Shown piece by piece: positions 30,052 to 40,340 of a DNA stretch of 40,340 bases. Each line of letters starts with the position of its first letter. Positions within the stretch are counted from its first letter, which is position 1. Source of the DNA: Pachysolen tannophilus NRRL Y-2460. Lineage: Eukaryota. The notes under the pieces are model-generated. The model was given only the letters and a program-made list of their open reading frames with translations. It was not told where the DNA came from and did no database searches. The stretch spans positions 372,001 to 412,340 of the forward strand of contig KV454015.1 of assembly GCA_001661245.1 (NCBI GenBank), written 5' to 3'. A program made the translations under genes and the position numbers.

Positions 30052-31200
30052 TTAATTTGTTGTCTTGATCAACTTTAATTTTTTCTCTCTGAAGTCAAAA
30101 AACCGTTTGTCCAAAGAATACATAATCGCATTGTTAGTATCGTTCACCAATGTATCATTGCCATCCAGGCTGTAACTCCCTTCTGATTCACCACGCATTC
30201 CATTTGCAATATCTTTAGGTTGGATATTGTTTTTGCTGTCGTAGAGGTAATCGAAATTATTCGATAATTGATCTATAATTTTCTTAAAGTTTTCCAACTT
30301 TTCTGCATTAAATTTTTTTTCTGCGGTATTGCTATTAAGAATTTCATTAATATTCGAATCTTTCAAATCTATTTCGTCTTCTAAATTTTTGATTCTATAA
30401 CTTAATTGATTAACGATTTTATTGTAATAATCATTGTTGCATGTAGTTGTAGTGACAGAGGATGAAAATTCATTTATTAGATTAATTGAAGTATGCGCAG
30501 TTGATATAGAATTGCATCTGTTTGAAGTTGCATTCTTACCATAACTTCCCTTTCCCATTGAAAATCTTGAATGTTCTGACATCGAAGACAGTGACCTGTT
30601 AGAAACATGACTGGACCTATTGCTACTATCATCAGCATTATCAATATTATTTTTTTTATCGTCGTTTTTGTTATTACTAATATCTAATAAAATTTTATTT
30701 AAATCATCAATAATTTCATCCTTTTCTCTTAATTTATGATTTAATTGAACATTTTGCTGATATAATTCATTATTGGAAACACTCAAATCAATTATTTGAT
30801 CATAAGCTTCAGCAGCTTTCTCACTTATTATTTGAAGTTGTTTCTCTAGAATTAAATTCCTTTCATGTTCACCTCTTAAACTTGAATCCACTAGTAACTT
30901 TGTCTTGCTTAAAACTAGATCCTCCTGGTTTTCATGATCATCACTCACATTATTAGAGAAATCCATTTCGCCTTTAATTTTTTGGAAAGAAGAAACAGTT
31001 GGCTTTGGTGACGGGAAGAATCTTTTCAACGATCTTGATCTCTGAGATAATGAATCGATAACGTGTTCATCATTTGTATCATGATCATGAATTTTAAACC
31101 CACTCAAACTAGTCAAGAGTGATCCTCTGTTATTAAATGAACTCGATGACTTTCTCTTTGAATCTCCTTTACTTGTGTTTTTTTTATTGAAAAATTTCAT
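30052..31200 (-). CDS. Uncharacterised coiled-coil, Ser/Asn-rich protein
   Basis: 382 aa ORF with an ATG start and two heptad-rich segments (LEKQLQIISEKAAEAYDQIIDL...; VNQLSYRIKNLEDEI). No family recognised. Confidence 0.75.
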   Translation of the reverse strand: MKFFNKKNTSKGDSKRKSSSSFNNRGSLLTSLSGFKIHDHDTNDEHVIDSLSQRSRSLKRFFPSPKPTVSSFQKIKGEMDFSNNVSDDHENQEDLVLSKTKLLVDSSLRGEHERNLILEKQLQIISEKAAEAYDQIIDLSVSNNELYQQNVQLNHKLREKDEIIDDLNKILLDISNNKNDDKKNNIDNADDSSNRSSHVSNRSLSSMSEHSRFSMGKGSYGKNATSNRCNSISTAHTSINLINEFSSSVTTTTCNNDYYNKIVNQLSYRIKNLEDEIDLKDSNINEILNSNTAEKKFNAEKLENFKKIIDQLSNNFDYLYDSKNNIQPKDIANGMRGESEGSYSLDGNDTLVNDTNNAIMYSLDKRFFDFREKKLKLIKTTN

Positions 31201-34200
31201 TCTAATATTATTTTATCTTATTTTTTTCAACTTTTGAATTAGAATTCATTAATAGCAGTTTTCCATTGATAACTATATCTTTTTTGCCATCTATTTAATT
31301 TACTATTAGTTAAAATATTTAATAACCCCGTGAAATTTTGAAAACACTTGAGCAAAGAGTTTTTTTTTTAAACCCATTTTCCAACTGAACACGAGAAGAA
31401 CTCCCCTACAAAATCACTTATTTATGCATATCAATATTGTTCTGTAAGATAAATTGCGGCTTAATTCACTGATGAGCAGTGAGTACTTCATTATGTTAAC
31501 TTTTAAGGGATCAAAAACAATTAAAATAAACGGAAAGGGTAAAAAAGGGGACCGAGATGTGTGACGCGACTCGGTATAAAAAACTCCTTTTGGTCGTGTC
31601 TGAATTAATACTTTTCCAAAAGAGGAAACTTTTTGGAAAAATTCAATGCAGCGTATTTTAAGTTACAAATAAAAAAATCATTGCATATAGTTAAACAAAC
31701 TGAGTGAGTGAGTGCATCGATAGAAGCTGGATGATGAATAGTTAGTTCCTGTCTATTTATTTATATTGATGATCATCATTTATTCTTCTTCACTTATGGT
31801 CTAGTTTTTTTTTTGTAGAAAGAACTTTATTTGAGCTTAGAGTTTTTATTTAAGTTTTACTGTTGAATATAGCAGGAGAATTTTCAAAATAATTATCGTT
31901 AACTAGGTTTTCTCAGCTTACAAGTTAATGCATGATCATATATTATCACACTCACTTCTTTGGTCTCTTTCAGTGGTAGCTTAAGAAAGTCTATACATTT
32001 GAAGTTCTTTTATAATTAATATAATAACTTAAATTCAGCATTTTTTTTTTTCTGGATTCGTTACCTTAATCAAATGGTTTCATATTTAGAAAATCCACCC
32101 ACATCTTACTAGAGTTTTTTTTTTCACTTCTCTCTTAATTATCTATTCATCTCTTCTAAAATTTATGCTGGTCGAAACTTAAATTCTTCCTTCCGCTCCT
32201 CATTGCTACTACCATTTGATAAATCTTCCTTTCCCTTTTTTAAAAACTTGACTATTCAAAAGTAATAAATTTCGCAATAAATACTGCTTGCTGCCTGTGG
32301 TTATTTATTTTTAATTATTCTAAACTACGTAGACTGATTTTTCAGTTACTTAATCATTTCCAAGTGCATTGTTTCGCAATTATTATTTTTAATAATCCAT
32401 CACTTTAATTTGTCTTAATTTTTTTTCTAATGAAATTCCTTTAATCTATTTTGCAAACTATATAAAAAGAATGAGATGTATTCTAAAATACCCTAGAGAA
32501 AAGAGGACATCACCTAAAACTTCTTATTAGGCGTTTTCCTTATATTATTAAGTTATTACTCAATCACGTTACGAAAAGTCCAAACCTTAATTTCATTTGA
32601 ATAGATATGTAAGTCTTCCGAAATAAATTGTCTACTAATGTGTTGTCTAAGTTTTACCTAAAGAACCTCAAATAAATAGTTTTATGCATTCGTACCAAAG
32701 CCGACTTCCGCAAGAAAATTCACATGGTTTAGATTCTATTTGTGAAGCAAAACTAAATAACATATGTTTGATCACAATTGAATGAACCAACCTAATCTCA
32801 AAAATTAATATACCTTCACACCTTCTCTGTAAGAAAGTCAAAAAAGATAATAGCTTTCCACTTGGCTTCTTCTTGAACCAGGCGCATGATACAGTCATTA
32901 TAATACTAAAAAACCTACTTGTAATGTTATTTTTCTTTTATCACTATTTATTAATTATTAGGTTCAATTCTACCAATCAAGAATGAATAAGACAAAAAAA
33001 TAAAAATAAAAAGTCAGAGCAAATAAACCGGTCATTTTCTACTAAAAGTGTGACACGAAATGTTGTAGTCTAACCGCATCTACCATTCAAACTGTAAAAC
33101 AACACTAGCTATTTTCAACGTCCATGAAAAAAAGCTCAAAAATATTTCTATTTGAAAGTTTGAAAGAAAACGTTACATCTGGCAACCACTAGTTAAAAAT
33201 AAATTTCTATTTACTTCAGAAGAAATCTCCAAGAGATGTTCCGGGACATAAAAAAAACTTTGATATTTAAGAAAGAAAAAAGTATCGTTAAATCCACTCT
33301 ATTCTTCTTTTTGAAAAAACTCAAGGGAATACGAATGATATTAGCAAAGTAATTCCGGTCTGCAGTATTCTTTCAGTTTCTACTCGAAATCCTATTAAAG
33401 GGTTTCCCTTTAAATTGAGTGCATAAATCCAAATAAATAATTTCTTTTGCTAAAGCCAAAATACTAACTCTTCTGGTTATACACTTCCTCATTCTCATCT
33501 CTAATTCAATAACTAAAATTGTATGTGTACAATTAAGCATATGTTAAAAGCGTCAGGAAATTCCACCTGATTCAAACAATTTTTCTGAACAAAATATCTA
33601 CAACTCCGATAACATAACATTTGAAGAAATCCTTTGGAAGATTTCATCTTATTTCTTTGCTCCCATTTTTTTCGTACTTATTAATTTCTAATTTGGAGCG
33701 CCGCAGCTGTTATCGTAACTTATCTTTCCCTTAACCTGACTGCTTTATTTATTAAACTTCTTCGAATTTTGAGGCTCCATTAAGAATAATTTCAAATACA
33801 GAATGTAGAATGAAGGTAACGATGAAGTTCAGCTTACGTTAGCTAGTTGTGATGATCACTTTTTTTTTACCAACTGCTCATATTTCAGTAGCACCCTTAG
33901 CAAAAACAATTTGCTCCTTACAAACATAAAAAAATTACCTGCGCTCTATTACTTAGTAATGACTGATACTTTATCAAATATTTGACAGTTGAGACTACTT
34001 GTGTATGAAATTAAGATATAGGAGAGTCGTGAGGACTTCGCTGACCTCAATGTTTCTATTCAAAGGAAAATTCTAACTGATATGTTGTTATTTGGAAACA
34101 TTGCAGGTATCATCCCTACATTAACTGATTAGATTGTATTTTCCTGCCATAAATCAAATATGAAGAGCTCCTAACCAGTAATATAAAATTAAAACCTCAA

Positions 34201-37200
34201 TACTTTAAATAACTTTGCCATTTTACAAAAGCTGTGAGGTAAAAGAAAAATATTTGTTTTTAGTGAAAGTTGGGATTAGATACTCTTAAACAAGAAAAAC
34301 ACTTCTAAATGGTTTTAATATTCGTGAGGATTAAAAGAGCATTGCTTTACAGCTATGCTTCTCTAGGGAGTCAACAATTTTTAAGATGTTTTAACTATTG
34401 TGAATAAATAAGATGCATTAAAAGATTAGTTTGATACTTTTTTCTATAAATCATTTATTCTTTTTAAAGTTATGTCAGTCCGATAGTAAATCAATTCAAT
34501 GCAAATTACTTTCAACTTAGATTCGAACTGTTTGCCACTTTTCTCTCTTGGGATTCGAGTAGTTAATCAACCAATTGAGAGCCCAATACAAAGTATTCGG
34601 ATTTATAATATTCTCTATATAAAATGATATGGGAACAATTTGCAGCAAAAAAATTCAAGTTTTATTTACGTTCTATGTAATCTTAGTTTTCTACATGTCT
34701 TCATGAAATTGATTTAAATTGCAGTTAATAAAGTTGTGACCGAAGCAGAGGACATATGAAATGCTGAAAATCAGTAATTTGTTTTTGTTTCGGTAATTAC
34801 AGTGTATTCTCTATATATTGAAATGGAAATGGGACAGATTCTGTAACTTGAAGCCGAAATAAATAGACCTTAAGAAAAAAGCATTAGCGCTTATGAAGAA
34901 GTTTTGATTTGAATGAATAGTTTTCTTTCGAAGAATAGCGAATATTTCTACATCCGGGATTTTTTTACAACTCAGTCTTTGTCGTAGTAGCTCTTTCTTT
35001 GAATAAGGCATTAATCTTTAATTGTAGCAAAACCAATTAAAGGACCATTGACACTAAAGGAATTAAACTAGTGCTACTAGTTTCAAACTTAAGAACATGA
35101 AATATTTTCTTTTTTTCTCTTTCGCGAAGACTTAAACTTCAAGCTCATTTTCGTATGTTATAATTTTTTATTGTTTATTCTGGAAATGAAAAATGGAGAT
35201 GAAAGATTTTTAGATGGGAAACTAATGCTTTAATATTAATGTCTTTCAACAAAATATAGATTTAAGGTTTAGCTTGGTTGCAGTTCTCTAGTCTGCTGTT
35301 TAAGGTACAACCAGCTGAATACGGTGTATGCGAATAACGCCTTAGTGACTTGACCAAAGTACTATGTCTATAGAGTCTGTTTAAATTTAAAGCGAATTTA
35401 AGATATCGGTTGATCAACGAACCACTAGATTGAGCAAACAATCCAGGACCAAGTGGTGTTAAGTGTTATTATCCTAAAAACTAGTACATCGTTTTGATAA
35501 ATAGCCGAATCAAAATATTATCTTCTTTTAAAATAATGTCATAGTTGAATCTCATTACATAAATAACTTTCAAAGAAGTATTTATTTCCTATTATCTTTG
35601 TAATGCTCCTAATGTTTATCGGAGGAAACGGAAATCGGATCTTGTGATAAATTAGCTGCTGATAAAGACTGGGATATGTTTATTGAGATTTGAGAAGAAA
35701 GTAACTCTATTTAGGAGCAACTTGAGTTAAGACATTTCTTGTGATTCCATGAACTTCTTTTTAGCTAGTTAGTTTGCAATTGAATTACTTAGATAATAAA
35801 ACAATATTTATGGGTAGATTTGAGAATACCAACTTTCCTTAAAACGAAACAACAGCTTCTTTCTGGCTAAAACGAAGTTTTGTTCTCAATGAGGAAAATA
35901 ATCAATGTAATGCATTATGATTATTACTATTGCTTACAGCTCTATTTTGTTTAGATTAGTGGTTAGGAGCCTTGTTAAAATCCATATTCTTTTTTGTAAA
36001 AAGTAGCTAAAATAAACGTAGAATAAAGTGAATAGGCATGGTTCTACTTTGGAAATTATATGTAAATTAAAGAATTGAAATTTTGGACAAAAAATATTCG
36101 AGTTTGTGCTTGGTGGTGACGAGTTTTAACAAAAGAGGAGGAAAATTATAACGTTCATATATATCACATGTAGCTTTAGATGCGGTAATTAAGACATTAA
36201 TTATTTCATAGACGCTGTTATGTTTTTGTTCATTACAGTTTAGTAAGATTTTCGGCCTACAAGTTGATTTCATATTGAAATTGATGATTAATTCGTCGTG
36301 CTGACTTTGTAGTCCTAAAGACCAGAAGTTGAATAAAAGCTTATTCATGTTTACAAAGTTGGCGCCTTTTGTGGAATGCAGCAGAAACTGAAAAACTGTT
36401 AATCATTATCTTTATAGAATTATTCAACTTTAAACTAAGAGATAGTATGACAATGTGTTGTTATCATGTCATTTATGAGATATAGCGTTTTCTTTTTTTT
36501 TTTTTTTATAAAAAGTATTTAGGTAAAACCTTATTGCTAAGTTTTGTAACATTACTTTTTAATCACAATATATGTTTGCAAAATGTTATCACAGAAAGCA
36601 GATTAAATTGATGAAGACCTTTTTTAACTTTGTTTCATTTAAAGCGTTTTTTAATTATTGATCTGTAATCAGGGAAATCCGTTGAAATTCAATAATAAAA
36701 TACATGTTTATTGAAGCCAATTTTTAAAAGGAAGGAGCGAATCTTACTGAATTTTATATGAATATATCGAATGAAGATATTTTGACTATTTATTACCTTC
36801 TTCTTTTTTTTGGATACAGATTGAAGTTGAAATATTTAATTTAGAAATCATGAAGATTGTGAATTGAAAAATCATCAGCTAAAAGCAACGGTATCCAAAG
36901 AGAAAAATCAGTAATTGAGATAGATTTGAAATTGTATTGCTTGGAAGTTCTTAAAACGCAAATAGTTATAATTACAATCATTTTTTCAGAACTTATGAAA
37001 TTTGATTTAATTATTTCATGATCATAAGTTATCTATAAAGAGCATAACCATATTTATTTATTTATTTAGAGTATTTGTTTTGTTAATTGGATAATAAATA
37101 TTATTTAGCTATAGTTAGTATAGTAAGATCTTTTTGATTGTAAGTTTTTTTTTAGAAAGATAATGATAATTCATCATGATATTGGATAAAGTGGAATATA

Positions 37201-38548
37201 AATTGTAAGATTCTAAAGGCAATTGTTTTGCTTTTTCAATTATTAAAGGAAAAGTGGTAGCTGCTGAGCAGAATTTTTTAGATAAAATTTGTTTTTTCCA
37301 TTTTTCTGAGAGAGTGATGTAGAATTGTATATAATTCAGATCTCTAAATAAGAAGAGGTTTCGTATTCAGCTATTGTTCAGGAACGAGGTTATTTATAGT
37401 AGTATCTTAATTGCTGTTAAGTCGGTTGTGATGATAGATAATTGGAGAGTTTAAAATACGATTCAGATCACCTTATTGAAATCAATACACTTTTCTCTTG
37501 ACTAAAAGGAAATTTTCTTGTAAACCAAAAAATGAAAACGCTAAAGTTTCAAGACGATTTTATAAGAAAATTTCTCGCTAAAATTGTCCCAGAGTTCAAA
37601 ACCTTTTGTCATTAATACCTACTTTTTTTAAGATTGTCTGGTACGTAGATGTCATTGCTTGTTCTATGAAAAATAGTTTTTCAGAGATTGGAGAAATGTT
37701 AGTTAAGAGAATTAGTGCCAAATTCAAATCATATGCACAATTTCATTAAAAAAAAAAAGGCCGTTGTTTATTGAAAGCACCCAAATTAAATATAGTTGAG
37801 ATTGATAAAAGTATTGAAACATGAAAATTATATTTAATTTTAAGAATTTTTAGGATGAGTAAGGTGTTATAATCATTATTCAAGTGACTGTCAACTAAAA
37901 AATGAAAAACACCTTACTAATTGTTAAGATTTTTTTTGAAGCAGAGATGTAAAAAGTTTTGAATCTTTTTTACGTAAGTTATTTCAGAAAATACAACTAA
38001 ACAGTGTAATAGAAGAGAACTCCCATTTTTAAAACAAGATATCTGAGAAAAGAAGCAAAAATGGAATTATTTCTTTGATAAAAGTTTGAACTTTTATTTT
38101 TCTAGATAAACTAATCACATACAGATTTCTTGCAGTAGATCTTGCAAAGTTATTTATTAATCCCATTTTGATAGTTAATTATTTTAGTGATTCAGTGTAG
38201 CAAGTGACGTTGAGTGAGATACGACCAAGTTTCTAAATATATTTTTACTGAAAATTACAGAAGAAATTTGAAATAGTATTTTATTCTATAGGGAAAAGTA
38301 AGTAACAAAAAAATATTTATTAATTACTCCACTAAATTTACTGAAAAGTTCAAGGAGAAATTGAATTTTTAATTTAGAAAACAAAATAAGAATAAGAATG
38401 ATAGATGTCTCTATTATTATTGCTAAAAACTTAAAACAAAATTAAAAATGTTACGTAACACCTTAGCGCCAGATTCACTACTTATTTATGTCCCGTAAAC
38501 CTGATTTCTAGTCAATGAAGACAACAATAACTAATTTAGACTTTAAAT
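31201..38548. other. 7.3 kb gene-free interval, candidate regional centromere or replication origin
   Basis: No ORF above 93 aa, whereas other complete intergenic gaps here are mostly 25-460 bp. The + strand is C>G on the left and G>C on the right. Confidence 0.5.
31613..31628. promoter_or_regulatory. Mcm1/ECB-like site TTTCCAAAAGAGGAAA
   Basis: Resembles the Mcm1 consensus, lies about 410 bp upstream of the 31200 ATG, and has an MCB-like ACGCGA at 31564-31569. Confidence 0.35.
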
Positions 38549-39089
38549 TCAATTCCAAACATTTTTAAATAAATCATCATCTAGTCCATTCAATGTATTT
38601 GAATTCTTATTTTTTGAAACACTGTTGGACCATACGTTGTTTGAAGTTGATGAAGAGATGGAGGAAGTAGTACTTCCATTGTTAGCTATGTTAGAAAATG
38701 GTTGATGAGCTTGGAATTGTTGCTGTGGTTGCTGAAATGTAGTGTTTGCCATATTGTATTGCTGTTGGGGCAGTTGTTTTTGTTGTAAATAAAGTGCAGG
38801 AGATGATGCAGTTGGAGTTGAATACAACGACAAAATGGATTTTTTCAAATCAGGTCTTGTTGAGGTTGACGATACTATTGAATCCAGTGGCGACTTTTGT
38901 GAGTTTTTTGATTTATTTTCTCTTAATGAACTTTCCAAATTTGGTAATGAGTTTGATTGTTGCTGTTGAAAAACAGATACATTCGTATCCAGTGATGTAT
39001 TTGTTGAAGATAGAGAAGATGGCATACCAAAATCCAAATCTAGCAATTGATTTGATTGTTGCCGCAGCAGCAGATGTTGCTTCAGTTGC

Positions 39090-39147
<58 letters not shown>

Positions 39148-39658
39148 GATGTTGCAGTTTAAGATTTCCAATCGATTGTTTATTCGTTGATATTTCTTTC
39201 TTTGGTAAATTTGGAACTTGTTGTTTAGTATTACCATTTCCAACATTTATAGTTCTTGGATCAGGAATTTGAGGTGACAGAACCCATTTCTTTAAATCAT
39301 ATTTTGTTCTTATGAAATTTTCAATTTTACTATCATCTGGAATATATCCTTTTGGTAAACCATCTTCCCAATAAAAATTCGCCTTTTCATTACCCCACAT
39401 AACCATTGATTTTGTTTGTTCTTCAGTCCATAAATCTAAATCCACTGATCTAACTTTTGAAATATGAGTACCCATACTTCTATGAATACCAGAACATCTA
39501 ATACAAATAAACACACCTAAGTTCCAAGAAGCCCATCTTGGGTGGGCAGCTGTCTTACAGTCAGCACAGGTTTTATTACCTTGATCTTTTAATAAAGTTT
39601 TCAATATTTGTTGATTTTCAAGATGATTTCTCGGTTGCGACCTAGTACGAGCACTCAT
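38549..39658 (-). CDS. AGE2: ArfGAP zinc-finger protein (Age2/SMAP type)
   Basis: CADC...PRWASWNLGVFICIRCSGIHRSMGTHISKVRSVDLD, KIENFIRTKY, RPDLKKSILSLY, LLDLDF, C-terminal DDLFKNVW. Confidence 0.95.
39086..39148 (-). repeat. (CAA)n polyglutamine tract in AGE2
   Basis: About 19 uninterrupted GTT units on the + strand, encoding a run of about 22 Gln. Confidence 0.92.
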
Positions 39659-39790
39659 CTTTTCAATTTAAGATTAAAAAAATAGAGAAAACTTTAATTC
39701 TCAAATATTATAACAAATTATAACATGAAATTTTTCCAAAACAAAGTCTAAGGAAAAAAAAAAAGTCTGATTATAATTCAAACAATATAA

Positions 39791-39821
<31 letters not shown>

Positions 39822-40340
39822 GATAAATTATTCATTGAAAGTCTTCTTCGCCAAGTGTGTATTTTCCCAGTTTAGTCTTTTTTCTTTTTCACATCAAAAT
39901 TCCAGAGTTAAATAGCATGTGATACACTACTTTTATCTTTTTTTATCAAAACTATTATTATATTTATATAGAAAGCCATTTTTATTAGTTAAAATAGACG
40001 CTAAAAATGGGATCTCTTGGATCATTCAAACTTCTGGCACTTTTCAACTGCTCCCAATAATCAATACAAAAAATATAAAAGTTCAAAAGAATAAATAAAT
40101 GATTAAATAAAAACAAAAAAAATCAAAAAAAAAATAAGCTTAGTGGAGTTTTTTTTTTTTTAAAAAAAAAGAAAAAAAAAAAAAATAAAAAGAATATGGG
40201 TTAAAATAGACAACACAAAATACAACAACAACAACAACAACAACAACACAGACAAACCATCCCAAAAAAAAAAAAAAGAAAAAGTTTATAGAGATATCAG
40301 CAAATAAAAGAAACCAATAAAAAAAAAGAAAAAGTAAAAA

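Noticed and set aside
33849..33966. GTGATGA...CTGA as a box C/D snoRNA
   Set aside because: The terminal stem is negligible and I recognise no rRNA guide.
31862..34378. TGTTG...CAACA words as solo LTR ends
   Set aside because: No pair has both LTR-like length and a target-site duplication, and I found no second copy.
36163..36256. CDEI-like ATCACATG followed by TGTTTTTG and TTCGG, suggesting a point centromere
   Set aside because: The spacer is not extremely AT-rich, and the CDEIII pieces are separated and in inconsistent orientation.
32668..36348. Small ORFs in the desert (32668-32898, 34811-35011, 36067-36348) as genes or transposon remnants
   Set aside because: They are short, with no recognisable gag/pol/transposase or other motifs, and are compatible with chance.
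39660..40340. Possible gene or intron at the right end
   Set aside because: It contains only poly-A/T, (TA)n and (CAA)n low-complexity promoter-type sequence, with no supportable exon.
1..40340. CRISPR arrays, rRNA or prokaryotic systems
   Set aside because: The gene content is eukaryotic with spliceosomal introns, and I saw no repeat-spacer arrays or rRNA sequence.

Overview
AT-rich, gene-dense budding-yeast (Saccharomycotina) chromosomal DNA with about 18 protein-coding genes. In order: a partial Ser-rich ORF, TRM140/ABP140-type tRNA methyltransferase, ATG5, an Ecdysoneless/hSGT1-family gene, a truncated GPI17/PIG-S-like gene, TAF11, AXL1, NDUFAF7/MidA, PPM1, SSN2/MED13, NSE5, SNX41/ATG20-like, a 5-exon DYN2 missed by the ORF track, a frame-split Lrs4/Mde4-like coiled-coil gene, OST3/OST6, THI74-like, an unknown coiled-coil gene and AGE2. 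CTG codons fall where homologues have small residues, which suggests a non-standard code, most likely CUG=Ala (Pachysolen/Nakazawaea-like; inference). The most notable features are: (1) a 7.3 kb gene-free region whose G/C strand skew flips near 34.1 kb, a candidate regional centromere or constitutive origin; (2) a compact a2-like/Mcm1/Ste12 element upstream of AXL1; (3) four DYN2 introns, three ending in AAG; (4) repeated single-base frame discontinuities, mostly at gene 5' ends. All homology calls come from remembered family motifs, not database searches.
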